Part shown: positions 8,712-19,738 of the stretch, piece after piece
Layout: each line of letters starts with the position of its first letter
Position numbering within the stretch: the first letter of the stretch is position 1
Assembly (NCBI GenBank): GCA_002104945.1
Contig: MCFH01000112.1
Span: forward strand, 1-44,626
Direction: 5' to 3'
DNA length: 44,626 nucleotides
From: Piromyces finnis finn
Taxonomy: Eukaryota > Fungi > Neocallimastigomycota
Notes under the pieces: model-generated
Seen by the model: only the letters and a program-made list of their open reading frames with translations
Database searches by the model: none
What the model was told of the DNA's origin: nothing
Translations under genes and position numbers: made by a program

Positions 8712-11700
8712 GTGGTACAACCAACGGTAGATAAAACCATAATTAATACTAATACCTCAAATAATAATTACCGAGAGCCTTCGTCTATAACCTTGGTTGC
8801 AACGAAGAAATCAAAAGACACAAATAGCAAAGCTAAAAATGCGCACAAGGAAACAACCAGCCAAATAAAGAGAATGCATGAGAATAAACTACAGCGAAAT
8901 CCTATGCCTATTAAAACTGCTGCTATGAAGTATAATGAGCAATTAGATAAGAGAAGGAATTATATAAATAATAATGATAAGGAGATGAACTTGGACACTT
9001 CTGAAATTATAACAATAGATTCTGATGGAAAATCAACCAAAGATGAAAATAAGTTAATAGAAACCATAGGAAAAGAAGAAATGGAAGAGGAGTTGGATGA
9101 TATAAATGAAGAATTGGGCAAGAATGATAAGAGCAAAGCAACAACTCCTAAGGAAAATAGAAAATTAAACAAAGTAGAGAAGTTAGAACACTTGGATGTA
9201 TCCTATCTAAATGATAAAAGAATAGAGAATGTAAAGAAGAAAAATCGGGAAGAAAGAAATGCTGAAATGAAGAAACAAGAAAGGAAGGAAATAGATAAAA
9301 TAAACCCTAACCCACCGCAAGAACAAATTTTAAATATTGAAAAACACATACGTCTAATGGATGGTTTTGAAGAGTTCAAGGTAGATGATTTAGTTAAAGA
9401 AGTAGCTTCAACAGAAGTGGTAACAAAACTTGTGAATTTATTAGACCTGTTCCCAAAATTCCGCACAGCATTTGCCCAGAAGTTGAAATTAACACCAAAA
9501 TTCAAAAATGCAGTAACAAATGCTGTCACCTTGCTTGGAGAACATAAAGTTGTCAAAGTCCGCGGGAAGGTAGAAGATGTGGAGGCTGAAATATTCTTAG
9601 ATTCATGTGCCAGCGTTAATATGATAACAAAGTCAGCACTCCGCAAATTTAGGATTCACAAGCAGCCAGTAGGAAATATTACAGAGACAATATTTCAGGC
9701 ATATTCCAATACTTCATCGAATACGGATATATATAAACTAAAAATCACAATTGGCGAGAAGACTTTCACAGAGATATTTAGGGTTATCGAAAAAGATGAT
9801 ATCTTTGATATATTAATTGGAATCGATTCCCTTAAAAGGAATAGGTTTAGTTTAAATTTTGTGGATGATAATTTATATTACATTGATAAAAACAATTCTC
9901 CCATGAAAATTGCAGACCTCCATTATGATGTAAATCTCCAGGAATCTAAAGGGGAGGATTCAGAGGAGGAAACTATAGAAGAAACACCAATGTTAATAAC
10001 AGTAGCGATGTCTACCCAGAATGAAGGAAAAGAAGGAACGTTAGAAACAAAAGAAAATATTATTAATAATATTGTGAATAAAATTCCGAAAGATATTAGA
10101 GATGTAGTAAGAAAGCTATTTGATAAATTTAATCATGTTATCGCTGTTAAAACTGACGATCTGAGTAGAACAAAATTACTACCTCATCGTATCAGGTTGA
10201 AGCCAAACTCGTTTCCTTTTAAACAACGAGCATATAGGCTATCAAAAGTGCAAGCAGATGCATTGAAAGAGGAGTTAACCAAGCTGATTAAGAATAAATT
10301 AATTGAACCATCCCATTCATCGTGGTCGTCGCCTGTAGTCTTAGTGCCTAAGAAAAATGGAAAATACCGAATGTGTGTGGATTATCGACGCTTAAATGAA
10401 TGTACAATAAAGGATTCCTACGCTCTACCACTAATTGATGACATACTGTGCTACGTAGGTAAGAAAGCTGTTTTGACTACTATGGATTTGTTTTCGGGTT
10501 ACCACCAAGTTCCGATGTATCCTGAGGATGAAGATCTTACATGTTTTACCACTATATATGGAAACTATAATTTCAAGGTAATGCCTTTCGGGTTATGTAA
10601 TGCCCCAGCTACCTTCCAGAGAGAAATGAACAGGATTTTCTTCGACCTTATTGGGAAGTGTGTCTTTATTTATATTGATGATTTGATAGTCTTTTCCAAT
10701 ACAATGGAAGAACATATTAGAGATTTATCAAAGGTTTTTAAAATACTCAGGGAAAATGGTTTAAGAATCAACATTGAGAAGTGTCACTTCTTTCAAGAAG
10801 AAGTAGAATTGCTAGGCCATGTATTATCTAAAGAAGGAATTAAACCAATTCCGGGGAAAACGCAGGTAATCATGAACTGGCTACCACCGAAAAATGTTTC
10901 TCAATTGCGTTCGTTTTTAGGGGCTGTAAGTTACTACCGAAAATTTATTGATAAATTTGCACAATATGCTAAACCATTATTTAAGTTATTAAAGAAAGAC
11001 GAAGAGTTCAAATGGAGTCCAGAGGCGAATAATTCATTTGAAATCTTAAAATTAAGACTAATAGAAGCTCCGATATTAATGCCACCGGATTTTGATAAAC
11101 CATTCAAGATTAGAACAGATGCATCACGTAATGGGATAGGTGGAGTGATTTTACAAATAGATGAAGATGGAATGGAGAAACCACTACACTTTGTAAGTAG
11201 GACACTGAATAAATCAGAAGAAAACTATAGTGTAACAGATTTAGAAGGGACAGCTGCATATTATTGTTCTAGGAAATTCAAGCATTATATAGTAGGAAAT
11301 ACGTTGGAAACTGAATTAATCACCGACCATAAACCGCTAGTTGGATTGATTAATAATAGCGAACCAACCAATAATCGACATCTTAAATGGGTCACTACGT
11401 TTAGTATATTAAAAATCAAAGTGTTGTACGAAGAAGGAAAGAAGAATGTAATAGCTGACGCTCTATCAAGATTGACCAGTAAGGAAGAAAGTCAGTTAGC
11501 ACCAAGACCAAGTCATAACAAACAAACAATCAACGTGATCGTGGAGAACAATAGTAATACTACTACTAATAATAAAATAAGTGAGAATAATAATCAATAT
11601 AAAAATATAAATGATTTTATTAATAGGAAACTTATAACTATGGATGGAATACAATACTACAAGAGTAATGGGAAACTAAGAAGAATTATAGATGATGACG

Positions 11701-12740
11701 AAGAAAAATTCAGACTAATTGAAGCCGCTCATTCTATCGGACATGAAGGTATATACAAGACCTATCATAGGCTAAAGAAGGAATTTTATTGGAAGGGCAT
11801 GAATAACGATATAAAAATTTATATTAAGTGTTGTCCAAGATGCCAACAATTCAAGCCACAGAAATCTAACCTTTTTGTTGAAAGCATACCTACAAAGCCA
11901 GGCTTACCATTTTCAAGAGTAGGTCTTGATCTGGTAGGTCCGTTGCCAATAACAAATAAAGGCAATAAATACATCATTGTCCTAGTGGACTATTTAACTA
12001 AATGGGTGGAGGCTGAGGCTTTGGAGAATATAGAATCCGATGATGTCATTGACTTTTTGAAGAGGGTATTTTCTCGCCATGGTATTCCAGAGGTTCTAGT
12101 AACAGACAATGGGCCTCAATTTAGATCTGATAAGACGAAGGCATTCCTGGATTTACATGACGTGTACGTCCAATACGTATCGACATACCACCCTGCATCT
12201 AATGGAGAAGTGGAAAACCGGAATAAGGAGATAATCAAATATCTGAAACTATTAGGTAATGAAGAAGATGAATGGGATGAAATACTGCCTAGTGCATTAT
12301 GGGCTCTTAGAACTTGTAAAAACGAAATTACAAAGTTCAGCAGCTTTGAACTACTATATGGACGCAAAGATCTACAACCCTTCGAACTATCTTTGATGAA
12401 AGACAGGAATAAGTATGAGAACGAAGAGGAATATTGGATACAGAAGTTCGTGAGACATCATAAGTGGATACAAGAAGCCATCGATAATATTGAAACAGCC
12501 AATAAATTATGGAGTGACCGGAGACGACAGAGTAAACGAATGAGAGCCGCATATAAACCTGGAGATTTAGTATTAGTTAAAGTATTCAATAGAAGGAAAC
12601 TGGACCCTTATTTTACTGGACCCTTAAAAATCATAAAGAAAGAATTTAATACAGTTACAGTTTGTGATCCTATTTCAGGGGAAATTGCAGAACGGAATAT
12701 TCACTTAAAGAATATAATTCCGTATTTTTCTGAATTGTAA
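8712..12740 (+). CDS. pol: Pol polyprotein (PR-RT-RH-IN); the true start is probably the frameshift at 8658, not GTG 8712
   Basis: FLDSCAS, YRMCVDYRRLN, YIDD, KIRTDAS, H-H-CPRC, GLDLVGP/VTDNGPQF/GEVENRN, FTGPL. No chromodomain. Confidence 0.97.
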   Translation: MVQPTVDKTIINTNTSNNNYREPSSITLVATKKSKDTNSKAKNAHKETTSQIKRMHENKLQRNPMPIKTAAMKYNEQLDKRRNYINNNDKEMNLDTSEIITIDSDGKSTKDENKLIETIGKEEMEEELDDINEELGKNDKSKATTPKENRKLNKVEKLEHLDVSYLNDKRIENVKKKNREERNAEMKKQERKEIDKINPNPPQEQILNIEKHIRLMDGFEEFKVDDLVKEVASTEVVTKLVNLLDLFPKFRTAFAQKLKLTPKFKNAVTNAVTLLGEHKVVKVRGKVEDVEAEIFLDSCASVNMITKSALRKFRIHKQPVGNITETIFQAYSNTSSNTDIYKLKITIGEKTFTEIFRVIEKDDIFDILIGIDSLKRNRFSLNFVDDNLYYIDKNNSPMKIADLHYDVNLQESKGEDSEEETIEETPMLITVAMSTQNEGKEGTLETKENIINNIVNKIPKDIRDVVRKLFDKFNHVIAVKTDDLSRTKLLPHRIRLKPNSFPFKQRAYRLSKVQADALKEELTKLIKNKLIEPSHSSWSSPVVLVPKKNGKYRMCVDYRRLNECTIKDSYALPLIDDILCYVGKKAVLTTMDLFSGYHQVPMYPEDEDLTCFTTIYGNYNFKVMPFGLCNAPATFQREMNRIFFDLIGKCVFIYIDDLIVFSNTMEEHIRDLSKVFKILRENGLRINIEKCHFFQEEVELLGHVLSKEGIKPIPGKTQVIMNWLPPKNVSQLRSFLGAVSYYRKFIDKFAQYAKPLFKLLKKDEEFKWSPEANNSFEILKLRLIEAPILMPPDFDKPFKIRTDASRNGIGGVILQIDEDGMEKPLHFVSRTLNKSEENYSVTDLEGTAAYYCSRKFKHYIVGNTLETELITDHKPLVGLINNSEPTNNRHLKWVTTFSILKIKVLYEEGKKNVIADALSRLTSKEESQLAPRPSHNKQTINVIVENNSNTTTNNKISENNNQYKNINDFINRKLITMDGIQYYKSNGKLRRIIDDDEEKFRLIEAAHSIGHEGIYKTYHRLKKEFYWKGMNNDIKIYIKCCPRCQQFKPQKSNLFVESIPTKPGLPFSRVGLDLVGPLPITNKGNKYIIVLVDYLTKWVEAEALENIESDDVIDFLKRVFSRHGIPEVLVTDNGPQFRSDKTKAFLDLHDVYVQYVSTYHPASNGEVENRNKEIIKYLKLLGNEEDEWDEILPSALWALRTCKNEITKFSSFELLYGRKDLQPFELSLMKDRNKYENEEEYWIQKFVRHHKWIQEAIDNIETANKLWSDRRRQSKRMRAAYKPGDLVLVKVFNRRKLDPYFTGPLKIIKKEFNTVTVCDPISGEIAERNIHLKNIIPYFSEL

Positions 12741-12765
12741 TAAAAAAAAAAAAAAATATTTAAAA

Positions 12766-12807
12766 TTGGACTTCAAGGGACGAAGTCCAAACTAAGGCGG
12801 GATGTCT
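12766..12807 (+). promoter_or_regulatory. Pre-PPT hairpin and polypurine tract (B unit 1)
   Basis: TTGGACTTC-AAGGGAC-GAAGTCCAA (9-bp stem), then AAGGCGGGATGTCT before the LTR. Confidence 0.85.
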
Positions 12808-13435
12808 TGGTACACCACATTCAGAAAAATGCAATAAATCCATATATTTGGTAAATGAAATAACCCTTATAATATATATGGATTTAAATATTTTTATTTA
12901 ATAAATTTATATAACGATAGTAATAATAAGAATGGTAAATTAAATTAAATTAATAACTTATAAATAATTTATTAAAGTAAAATAAACTTTTTATAATTTA
13001 ATATAAGGATGATAAAAATATAATTATATAAGGAAGAGAAAGACGCGTATATATATAAAAAAGAAAAGAAGAGTTTTTAGTTTTTAGTTAGTTTTTAGTT
13101 AGTATATATTAGTTATATTATAAATAAAATAAAGATAAGGTGATAATAATAGAAGAATAAATAATATTATTGTTAGATTTAGTGAAGGAATTAATAATAA
13201 TATTAGTTTATTTTCTAAGATTATACCTATTTTTAAAACAAATAATAATATAAAATAATAATAAATAATACTTATAAATAATAAAGCTTGTAATAAAAAT
13301 AATAAAATAATAAACAAAATAATAAAATAATATATAATAAAAAAATATTCATCTAGAATATAAATTTGTTATTTATAACTGTTGTAGTGTCCCAAACAAT
13401 AAAGAAAAAGGTACTTATAATAAAATTCTGTACCA
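12808..13435 (+). repeat. Shared central LTR, family B
   Basis: Preceded by the PPT and followed by the PBS; no TSD at either side. Confidence 0.96.
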
Positions 13436-13441
13436 AGTTTT

Positions 13442-13460
13442 TGGTGGAGAATCCGGGCGT
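13442..13460 (+). promoter_or_regulatory. PBS (tRNA-Ala), unit 2
   Basis: Identical to 7144-7162. Confidence 0.85.
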
Positions 13461-13511
13461 ACAACAAGCAAATTTATGAAAATAGATGAGTAATAGATAG
13501 AGATTATACAA

Positions 13512-13551
<40 letters not shown>

Positions 13552-13932
13552 TTTATAATAATAATAATAATAAATTAATATATATAATAATAATAATAAT
13601 AAATTATATATAACTATTAAATTATATTATTTTAATTATTTAATTTGAAGAATACACATATTTCCACCAACCGCTTTGGGTAGATCGCGGCTGTTGAATG
13701 AAAAACTTCTTAGCTAAAGGCCTTCTACACCAAAGTCGATAATATAAGTAGTTCTAAGAATTAAATTTATTAAAATAAAATAGTTTATATTTATATATAA
13801 AATATACCATAAATTTATAATTAATACGCGTGTTAATAATAATAAAAATATAAAAATATATACAATTAGAAATCACGCGATATAATAAACAGACAAACAA
13901 TAATAAGAGTAATATTAGTTCATCTTTGAGAA

Positions 13933-14967
13933 ATGGATTTAACTACTATACGTAAAGAGGTTCCCAAACTTGATAACTATGGGAAGAATGTATGGGAATG
14001 GGTAGTGGATATGAACGACTTTTTGGATCTCTATGATTTAATTGAGCCTAGACAAGTGTATAATTGGGCTATGGCCGCAGTAGAGTCTGATACCAAAGAA
14101 GTTGTAAGAAGGTTAAAAATAAGAAGAAATAATGAAGTCCATTACCCATCACTTAAAGAAATACAAATAGCTATCGAAGAAGATATGAAGATTACTGAGG
14201 GAGATAAATGGACCCTACTTAGAAACATGAATATTGCGGAAGGAGAAACTATAAAAAAGTTTAATTATAGATATCGAAACTTGTATCATAATCTAAGTAG
14301 GGAATATCAGAAATTAATAACAGTGAAGGAATATAGAGACTCTATTAGTGCTCGTGTCTATCCGTGCTCCCAGGTAGGAATGTCTGATTGTGAGAACCTA
14401 CAAGAAGCTTACAAAATTGCTGAACGAGCTGAAAATACTGAGAGAGAAATTAAAGAGAAAAACAATGAACAAGTTAACCAAAGGAGAGGAACAAGGAATG
14501 TTACTTTAGCTGCCCAAAGTGATAATGTTCTATTAAATCATCCGATTTATACTGGACTTATGAATGATAATAAAGAGGATTCGCATAATTCATATTACGA
14601 CAGGAAGAATATTAACCAGAACTTTAGATATCCATATTTCAATAGAACTAGGACTAGCTACCGCAGAGTTTATGGAGGACAGTCTAATTGGAGCAACACC
14701 AATGGTTATGTAAATCAACAGAATGATAATAATAGTAGAATGGGTTTAATCCCTTATCAAGGCATGAATAAATCTTATTCTACAACAAGAAATGCGGAAA
14801 AAGGGGTATCCCTGATAGAACCAACCAATGCTATTCCAAGGGAGATTGATGAAAGAAATTCCGATATAAAATGTTTCAGATGTGGACAAAATGGACACAA
14901 ACGTATAGAATGTCCATATACTTTTAAACAACTTGCCGAAATGGAAGAAAAGGGGCTTTTAAACTAA
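13933..14967 (+). CDS. gag: Gag, 344 aa, unit 2
   Basis: Same as unit 1 except CTG>CCG (L>P) at 14363. Confidence 0.95.
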   Translation: MDLTTIRKEVPKLDNYGKNVWEWVVDMNDFLDLYDLIEPRQVYNWAMAAVESDTKEVVRRLKIRRNNEVHYPSLKEIQIAIEEDMKITEGDKWTLLRNMNIAEGETIKKFNYRYRNLYHNLSREYQKLITVKEYRDSISARVYPCSQVGMSDCENLQEAYKIAERAENTEREIKEKNNEQVNQRRGTRNVTLAAQSDNVLLNHPIYTGLMNDNKEDSHNSYYDRKNINQNFRYPYFNRTRTSYRRVYGGQSNWSNTNGYVNQQNDNNSRMGLIPYQGMNKSYSTTRNAEKGVSLIEPTNAIPREIDERNSDIKCFRCGQNGHKRIECPYTFKQLAEMEEKGLLN

Positions 14968-14992
14968 ACTCTGGGAGAAGGACAACTCCCAG
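14958..14992 (+). promoter_or_regulatory. -1 frameshift signal (B unit 2)
   Basis: Copy of 8658-8692. Confidence 0.9.
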
Positions 14993-15011
14993 TAAACAAA
15001 CCAATCTATCG

Positions 15012-18000
15012 GTGGTACAACCAACGGTAGATAAAACCATAATTAATACTAATACCTCAAATAATAATTACCGAGAGCCTTCGTCTATAACCTTGGTTGC
15101 AACGAAGAAATCAAAAGACACAAATAGCAAAGCTAAAAATGCGCACAAGGAAACAACCAGCCAAATAAAGAGAATGCATGAGAATAAACTACAGCGAAAT
15201 CCTATGCCTATTAAAACTGCTGCTATGAAGTATAATGAGCAATTAGATAAGAGAAGGAATTATATAAATAATAATGATAAGGAGATGAACTTGGACACTT
15301 CTGAAATTATAACAATAGATTCTGATGGAAAATCAACCAAAGATGAAAATAAGTTAATAGAAACCATAGGAAAAGAAGAAATGGAAGAGGAGTTGGATGA
15401 TATAAATGAAGAATTGGGCAAGAATGATAAGAGCAAAGCAACAACTCCTAAGGAAAATAGAAAATTAAACAAAGTAGAGAAGTTAGAACACTTGGATGTA
15501 TCCTATCTAAATGATAAAAGAATAGAGAATGTAAAGAAGAAAAATCGGGAAGAAAGAAATGCTGAAATGAAGAAACAAGAAAGGAAGGAAATAGATAAAA
15601 TAAACCCTAACCCACCGCAAGAACAAATTTTAAATATTGAAAAACACATACGTCTAATGGATGGTTTTGAAGAGTTCAAGGTAGATGATTTAGTTAAAGA
15701 AGTAGCTTCAACAGAAGTGGTAACAAAACTTGTGAATTTATTAGACCTGTTCCCAAAATTCCGCACAGCATTTGCCCAGAAGTTGAAATTAACACCAAAA
15801 TTCAAAAATGCAGTAACAAATGCTGTCACCTTGCTTGGAGAACATAAAGTTGTCAAAGTCCGCGGGAAGGTAGAAGATGTGGAGGCTGAAATATTCTTAG
15901 ATTCATGTGCCAGCGTTAATATGATAACAAAGTCAGCACTCCGCAAATTTAGGATTCACAAGCAGCCAGTAGGAAATATTACAGAGACAATATTTCAGGC
16001 ATATTCCAATACTTCATCGAATACGGATATATATAAACTAAAAATCACAATTGGCGAGAAGACTTTCACAGAGATATTTAGGGTTATCGAAAAAGATGAT
16101 ATCTTTGATATATTAATTGGAATCGATTCCCTTAAAAGGAATAGGTTTAGTTTAAATTTTGTGGATGATAATTTATATTACATTGATAAAAACAATTCTC
16201 CCATGAAAATTGCAGACCTCCATTATGATGTAAATCTCCAGGAATCTAAAGGGGAGGATTCAGAGGAGGAAACTATAGAAGAAACACCAATGTTAATAAC
16301 AGTAGCGATGTCTACCCAGAATGAAGGAAAAGAAGGAACGTTAGAAACAAAAGAAAATATTATTAATAATATTGTGAATAAAATTCCGAAAGATATTAGA
16401 GATGTAGTAAGAAAGCTATTTGATAAATTTAATCATGTTATCGCTGTTAAAACTGACGATCTGAGTAGAACAAAATTACTACCTCATCGTATCAGGTTGA
16501 AGCCAAACTCGTTTCCTTTTAAACAACGAGCATATAGGCTATCAAAAGTGCAAGCAGATGCATTGAAAGAGGAGTTAACCAAGCTGATTAAGAATAAATT
16601 AATTGAACCATCCCATTCATCGTGGTCGTCGCCTGTAGTCTTAGTGCCTAAGAAAAATGGAAAATACCGAATGTGTGTGGATTATCGACGCTTAAATGAA
16701 TGTACAATAAAGGATTCCTACGCTCTACCACTAATTGATGACATACTGTGCTACGTAGGTAAGAAAGCTGTTTTGACTACTATGGATTTGTTTTCGGGTT
16801 ACCACCAAGTTCCGATGTATCCTGAGGATGAAGATCTTACATGTTTTACCACTATATATGGAAACTATAATTTCAAGGTAATGCCTTTCGGGTTATGTAA
16901 TGCCCCAGCTACCTTCCAGAGAGAAATGAACAGGATTTTCTTCGACCTTATTGGGAAGTGTGTCTTTATTTATATTGATGATTTGATAGTCTTTTCCAAT
17001 ACAATGGAAGAACATATTAGAGATTTATCAAAGGTTTTTAAAATACTCAGGGAAAATGGTTTAAGAATCAACATTGAGAAGTGTCACTTCTTTCAAGAAG
17101 AAGTAGAATTGCTAGGCCATGTATTATCTAAAGAAGGAATTAAACCAATTCCGGGGAAAACGCAGGTAATCATGAACTGGCTACCACCGAAAAATGTTTC
17201 TCAATTGCGTTCGTTTTTAGGGGCTGTAAGTTACTACCGAAAATTTATTGATAAATTTGCACAATATGCTAAACCATTATTTAAGTTATTAAAGAAAGAC
17301 GAAGAGTTCAAATGGAGTCCAGAGGCGAATAATTCATTTGAAATCTTAAAATTAAGACTAATAGAAGCTCCGATATTAATGCCACCGGATTTTGATAAAC
17401 CATTCAAGATTAGAACAGATGCATCACGTAATGGGATAGGTGGAGTGATTTTACAAATAGATGAAGATGGAATGGAGAAACCACTACACTTTGTAAGTAG
17501 GACACTGAATAAATCAGAAGAAAACTATAGTGTAACAGATTTAGAAGGGACAGCTGCATATTATTGTTCTAGGAAATTCAAGCATTATATAGTAGGAAAT
17601 ACGTTGGAAACTGAATTAATCACCGACCATAAACCGCTAGTTGGATTGATTAATAATAGCGAACCAACCAATAATCGACATCTTAAATGGGTCACTACGT
17701 TTAGTATATTAAAAATCAAAGTGTTGTACGAAGAAGGAAAGAAGAATGTAATAGCTGACGCTCTATCAAGATTGACCAGTAAGGAAGAAAGTCAGTTAGC
17801 ACCAAGACCAAGTCATAACAAACAAACAATCAACGTGATCGTGGAGAACAATAGTAATACTACTACTAATAATAAAATAAGTGAGAATAATAATCAATAT
17901 AAAAATATAAATGATTTTATTAATAGGAAACTTATAACTATGGATGGAATACAATACTACAAGAGTAATGGGAAACTAAGAAGAATTATAGATGATGACG

Positions 18001-19040
18001 AAGAAAAATTCAGACTAATTGAAGCCGCTCATTCTATCGGACATGAAGGTATATACAAGACCTATCATAGGCTAAAGAAGGAATTTTATTGGAAGGGCAT
18101 GAATAACGATATAAAAATTTATATTAAGTGTTGTCCAAGATGCCAACAATTCAAGCCACAGAAATCTAACCTTTTTGTTGAAAGCATACCTACAAAGCCA
18201 GGCTTACCATTTTCAAGAGTAGGTCTTGATCTGGTAGGTCCGTTGCCAATAACAAATAAAGGCAATAAATACATCATTGTCCTAGTGGACTATTTAACTA
18301 AATGGGTGGAGGCTGAGGCTTTGGAGAATATAGAATCCGATGATGTCATTGACTTTTTGAAGAGGGTATTTTCTCGCCATGGTATTCCAGAGGTTCTAGT
18401 AACAGACAATGGGCCTCAATTTAGATCTGATAAGACGAAGGCATTCCTGGATTTACATGACGTGTACGTCCAATACGTATCGACATACCACCCTGCATCT
18501 AATGGAGAAGTGGAAAACCGGAATAAGGAGATAATCAAATATCTGAAACTATTAGGTAATGAAGAAGATGAATGGGATGAAATACTGCCTAGTGCATTAT
18601 GGGCTCTTAGAACTTGTAAAAACGAAATTACAAAGTTCAGCAGCTTTGAACTACTATATGGACGCAAAGATCTACAACCCTTCGAACTATCTTTGATGAA
18701 AGACAGGAATAAGTATGAGAACGAAGAGGAATATTGGATACAGAAGTTCGTGAGACATCATAAGTGGATACAAGAAGCCATCGATAATATTGAAACAGCC
18801 AATAAATTATGGAGTGACCGGAGACGACAGAGTAAACGAATGAGAGCCGCATATAAACCTGGAGATTTAGTATTAGTTAAAGTATTCAATAGAAGGAAAC
18901 TGGACCCTTATTTTACTGGACCCTTAAAAATCATAAAGAAAGAATTTAATACAGTTACAGTTTGTGATCCTATTTCAGGGGAAATTGCAGAACGGAATAT
19001 TCACTTAAAGAATATAATTCCGTATTTTTCTGAATTGTAA
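15012..19040 (+). CDS. pol: Pol polyprotein, unit 2
   Basis: 1342-aa translation appears identical to unit 1 in the ORF track. Confidence 0.97.
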   Translation: MVQPTVDKTIINTNTSNNNYREPSSITLVATKKSKDTNSKAKNAHKETTSQIKRMHENKLQRNPMPIKTAAMKYNEQLDKRRNYINNNDKEMNLDTSEIITIDSDGKSTKDENKLIETIGKEEMEEELDDINEELGKNDKSKATTPKENRKLNKVEKLEHLDVSYLNDKRIENVKKKNREERNAEMKKQERKEIDKINPNPPQEQILNIEKHIRLMDGFEEFKVDDLVKEVASTEVVTKLVNLLDLFPKFRTAFAQKLKLTPKFKNAVTNAVTLLGEHKVVKVRGKVEDVEAEIFLDSCASVNMITKSALRKFRIHKQPVGNITETIFQAYSNTSSNTDIYKLKITIGEKTFTEIFRVIEKDDIFDILIGIDSLKRNRFSLNFVDDNLYYIDKNNSPMKIADLHYDVNLQESKGEDSEEETIEETPMLITVAMSTQNEGKEGTLETKENIINNIVNKIPKDIRDVVRKLFDKFNHVIAVKTDDLSRTKLLPHRIRLKPNSFPFKQRAYRLSKVQADALKEELTKLIKNKLIEPSHSSWSSPVVLVPKKNGKYRMCVDYRRLNECTIKDSYALPLIDDILCYVGKKAVLTTMDLFSGYHQVPMYPEDEDLTCFTTIYGNYNFKVMPFGLCNAPATFQREMNRIFFDLIGKCVFIYIDDLIVFSNTMEEHIRDLSKVFKILRENGLRINIEKCHFFQEEVELLGHVLSKEGIKPIPGKTQVIMNWLPPKNVSQLRSFLGAVSYYRKFIDKFAQYAKPLFKLLKKDEEFKWSPEANNSFEILKLRLIEAPILMPPDFDKPFKIRTDASRNGIGGVILQIDEDGMEKPLHFVSRTLNKSEENYSVTDLEGTAAYYCSRKFKHYIVGNTLETELITDHKPLVGLINNSEPTNNRHLKWVTTFSILKIKVLYEEGKKNVIADALSRLTSKEESQLAPRPSHNKQTINVIVENNSNTTTNNKISENNNQYKNINDFINRKLITMDGIQYYKSNGKLRRIIDDDEEKFRLIEAAHSIGHEGIYKTYHRLKKEFYWKGMNNDIKIYIKCCPRCQQFKPQKSNLFVESIPTKPGLPFSRVGLDLVGPLPITNKGNKYIIVLVDYLTKWVEAEALENIESDDVIDFLKRVFSRHGIPEVLVTDNGPQFRSDKTKAFLDLHDVYVQYVSTYHPASNGEVENRNKEIIKYLKLLGNEEDEWDEILPSALWALRTCKNEITKFSSFELLYGRKDLQPFELSLMKDRNKYENEEEYWIQKFVRHHKWIQEAIDNIETANKLWSDRRRQSKRMRAAYKPGDLVLVKVFNRRKLDPYFTGPLKIIKKEFNTVTVCDPISGEIAERNIHLKNIIPYFSEL

Positions 19041-19065
19041 TAAAAAAAAAAAAAAATATTTAAAA

Positions 19066-19107
19066 TTGGACTTCAAGGGACGAAGTCCAAACTAAGGCGG
19101 GATGTCT
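19066..19107 (+). promoter_or_regulatory. Pre-PPT hairpin and PPT (B unit 2)
   Basis: Copy of 12766-12807. Confidence 0.85.
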
Positions 19108-19735
19108 TGGTACACCACATTCAGAAAAATGCAATAAATCCATATATTTGGTAAATGAAATAACCCTTATAATATATATGGATTTAAATATTTTTATTTA
19201 ATAAATTTATATAACGATAGTAATAATAAGAATGGTAAATTAAATTAAATTAATAACTTATAAATAATTTATTAAAGTAAAATAAACTTTTTATAATTTA
19301 ATATAAGGATGATAAAAATATAATTATATAAGGAAGAGAAAGACGCGTATATATATAAAAAAGAAAAGAAGAGTTTTTAGTTTTTAGTTAGTTTTTAGTT
19401 AGTATATATTAGTTATATTATAAATAAAATAAAGATAAGGTGATAATAATAGAAGAATAAATAATATTATTGTTAGATTTAGTGAAGGAATTAATAATAA
19501 TATTAGTTTATTTTCTAAGATTATACCTATTTTTAAAACAAATAATAATATAAAATAATAATAAATAATACTTATAAATAATAAAGCTTGTAATAAAAAT
19601 AATAAAATAATAAACAAAATAATAAAATAATATATAATAAAAAAATATTCATCTAGAATATAAATTTGTTATTTATAACTGTTGTAGTGTCCCAAACAAT
19701 AAAGAAAAAGGTACTTATAATAAAATTCTGTACCA
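19108..19735 (+). repeat. 3' LTR, family B
   Basis: Ends TGTACCA, followed by TSD TTCT. Confidence 0.96.
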
Positions 19736-19738
19736 TTC

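Larger units (their letters stand above)
6510..19735 (+). mobile_element. Tandem Ty3/Gypsy element, family B (LTR-int-LTR-int-LTR, ~6.3-kb unit)
   Basis: Three 628-bp LTRs with 7-bp terminal inverted repeats TGGTACA/TGTACCA and two near-identical internal regions. Outer 4-bp TSD TTCT (6506-6509, 19736-19739). Confidence 0.97.
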
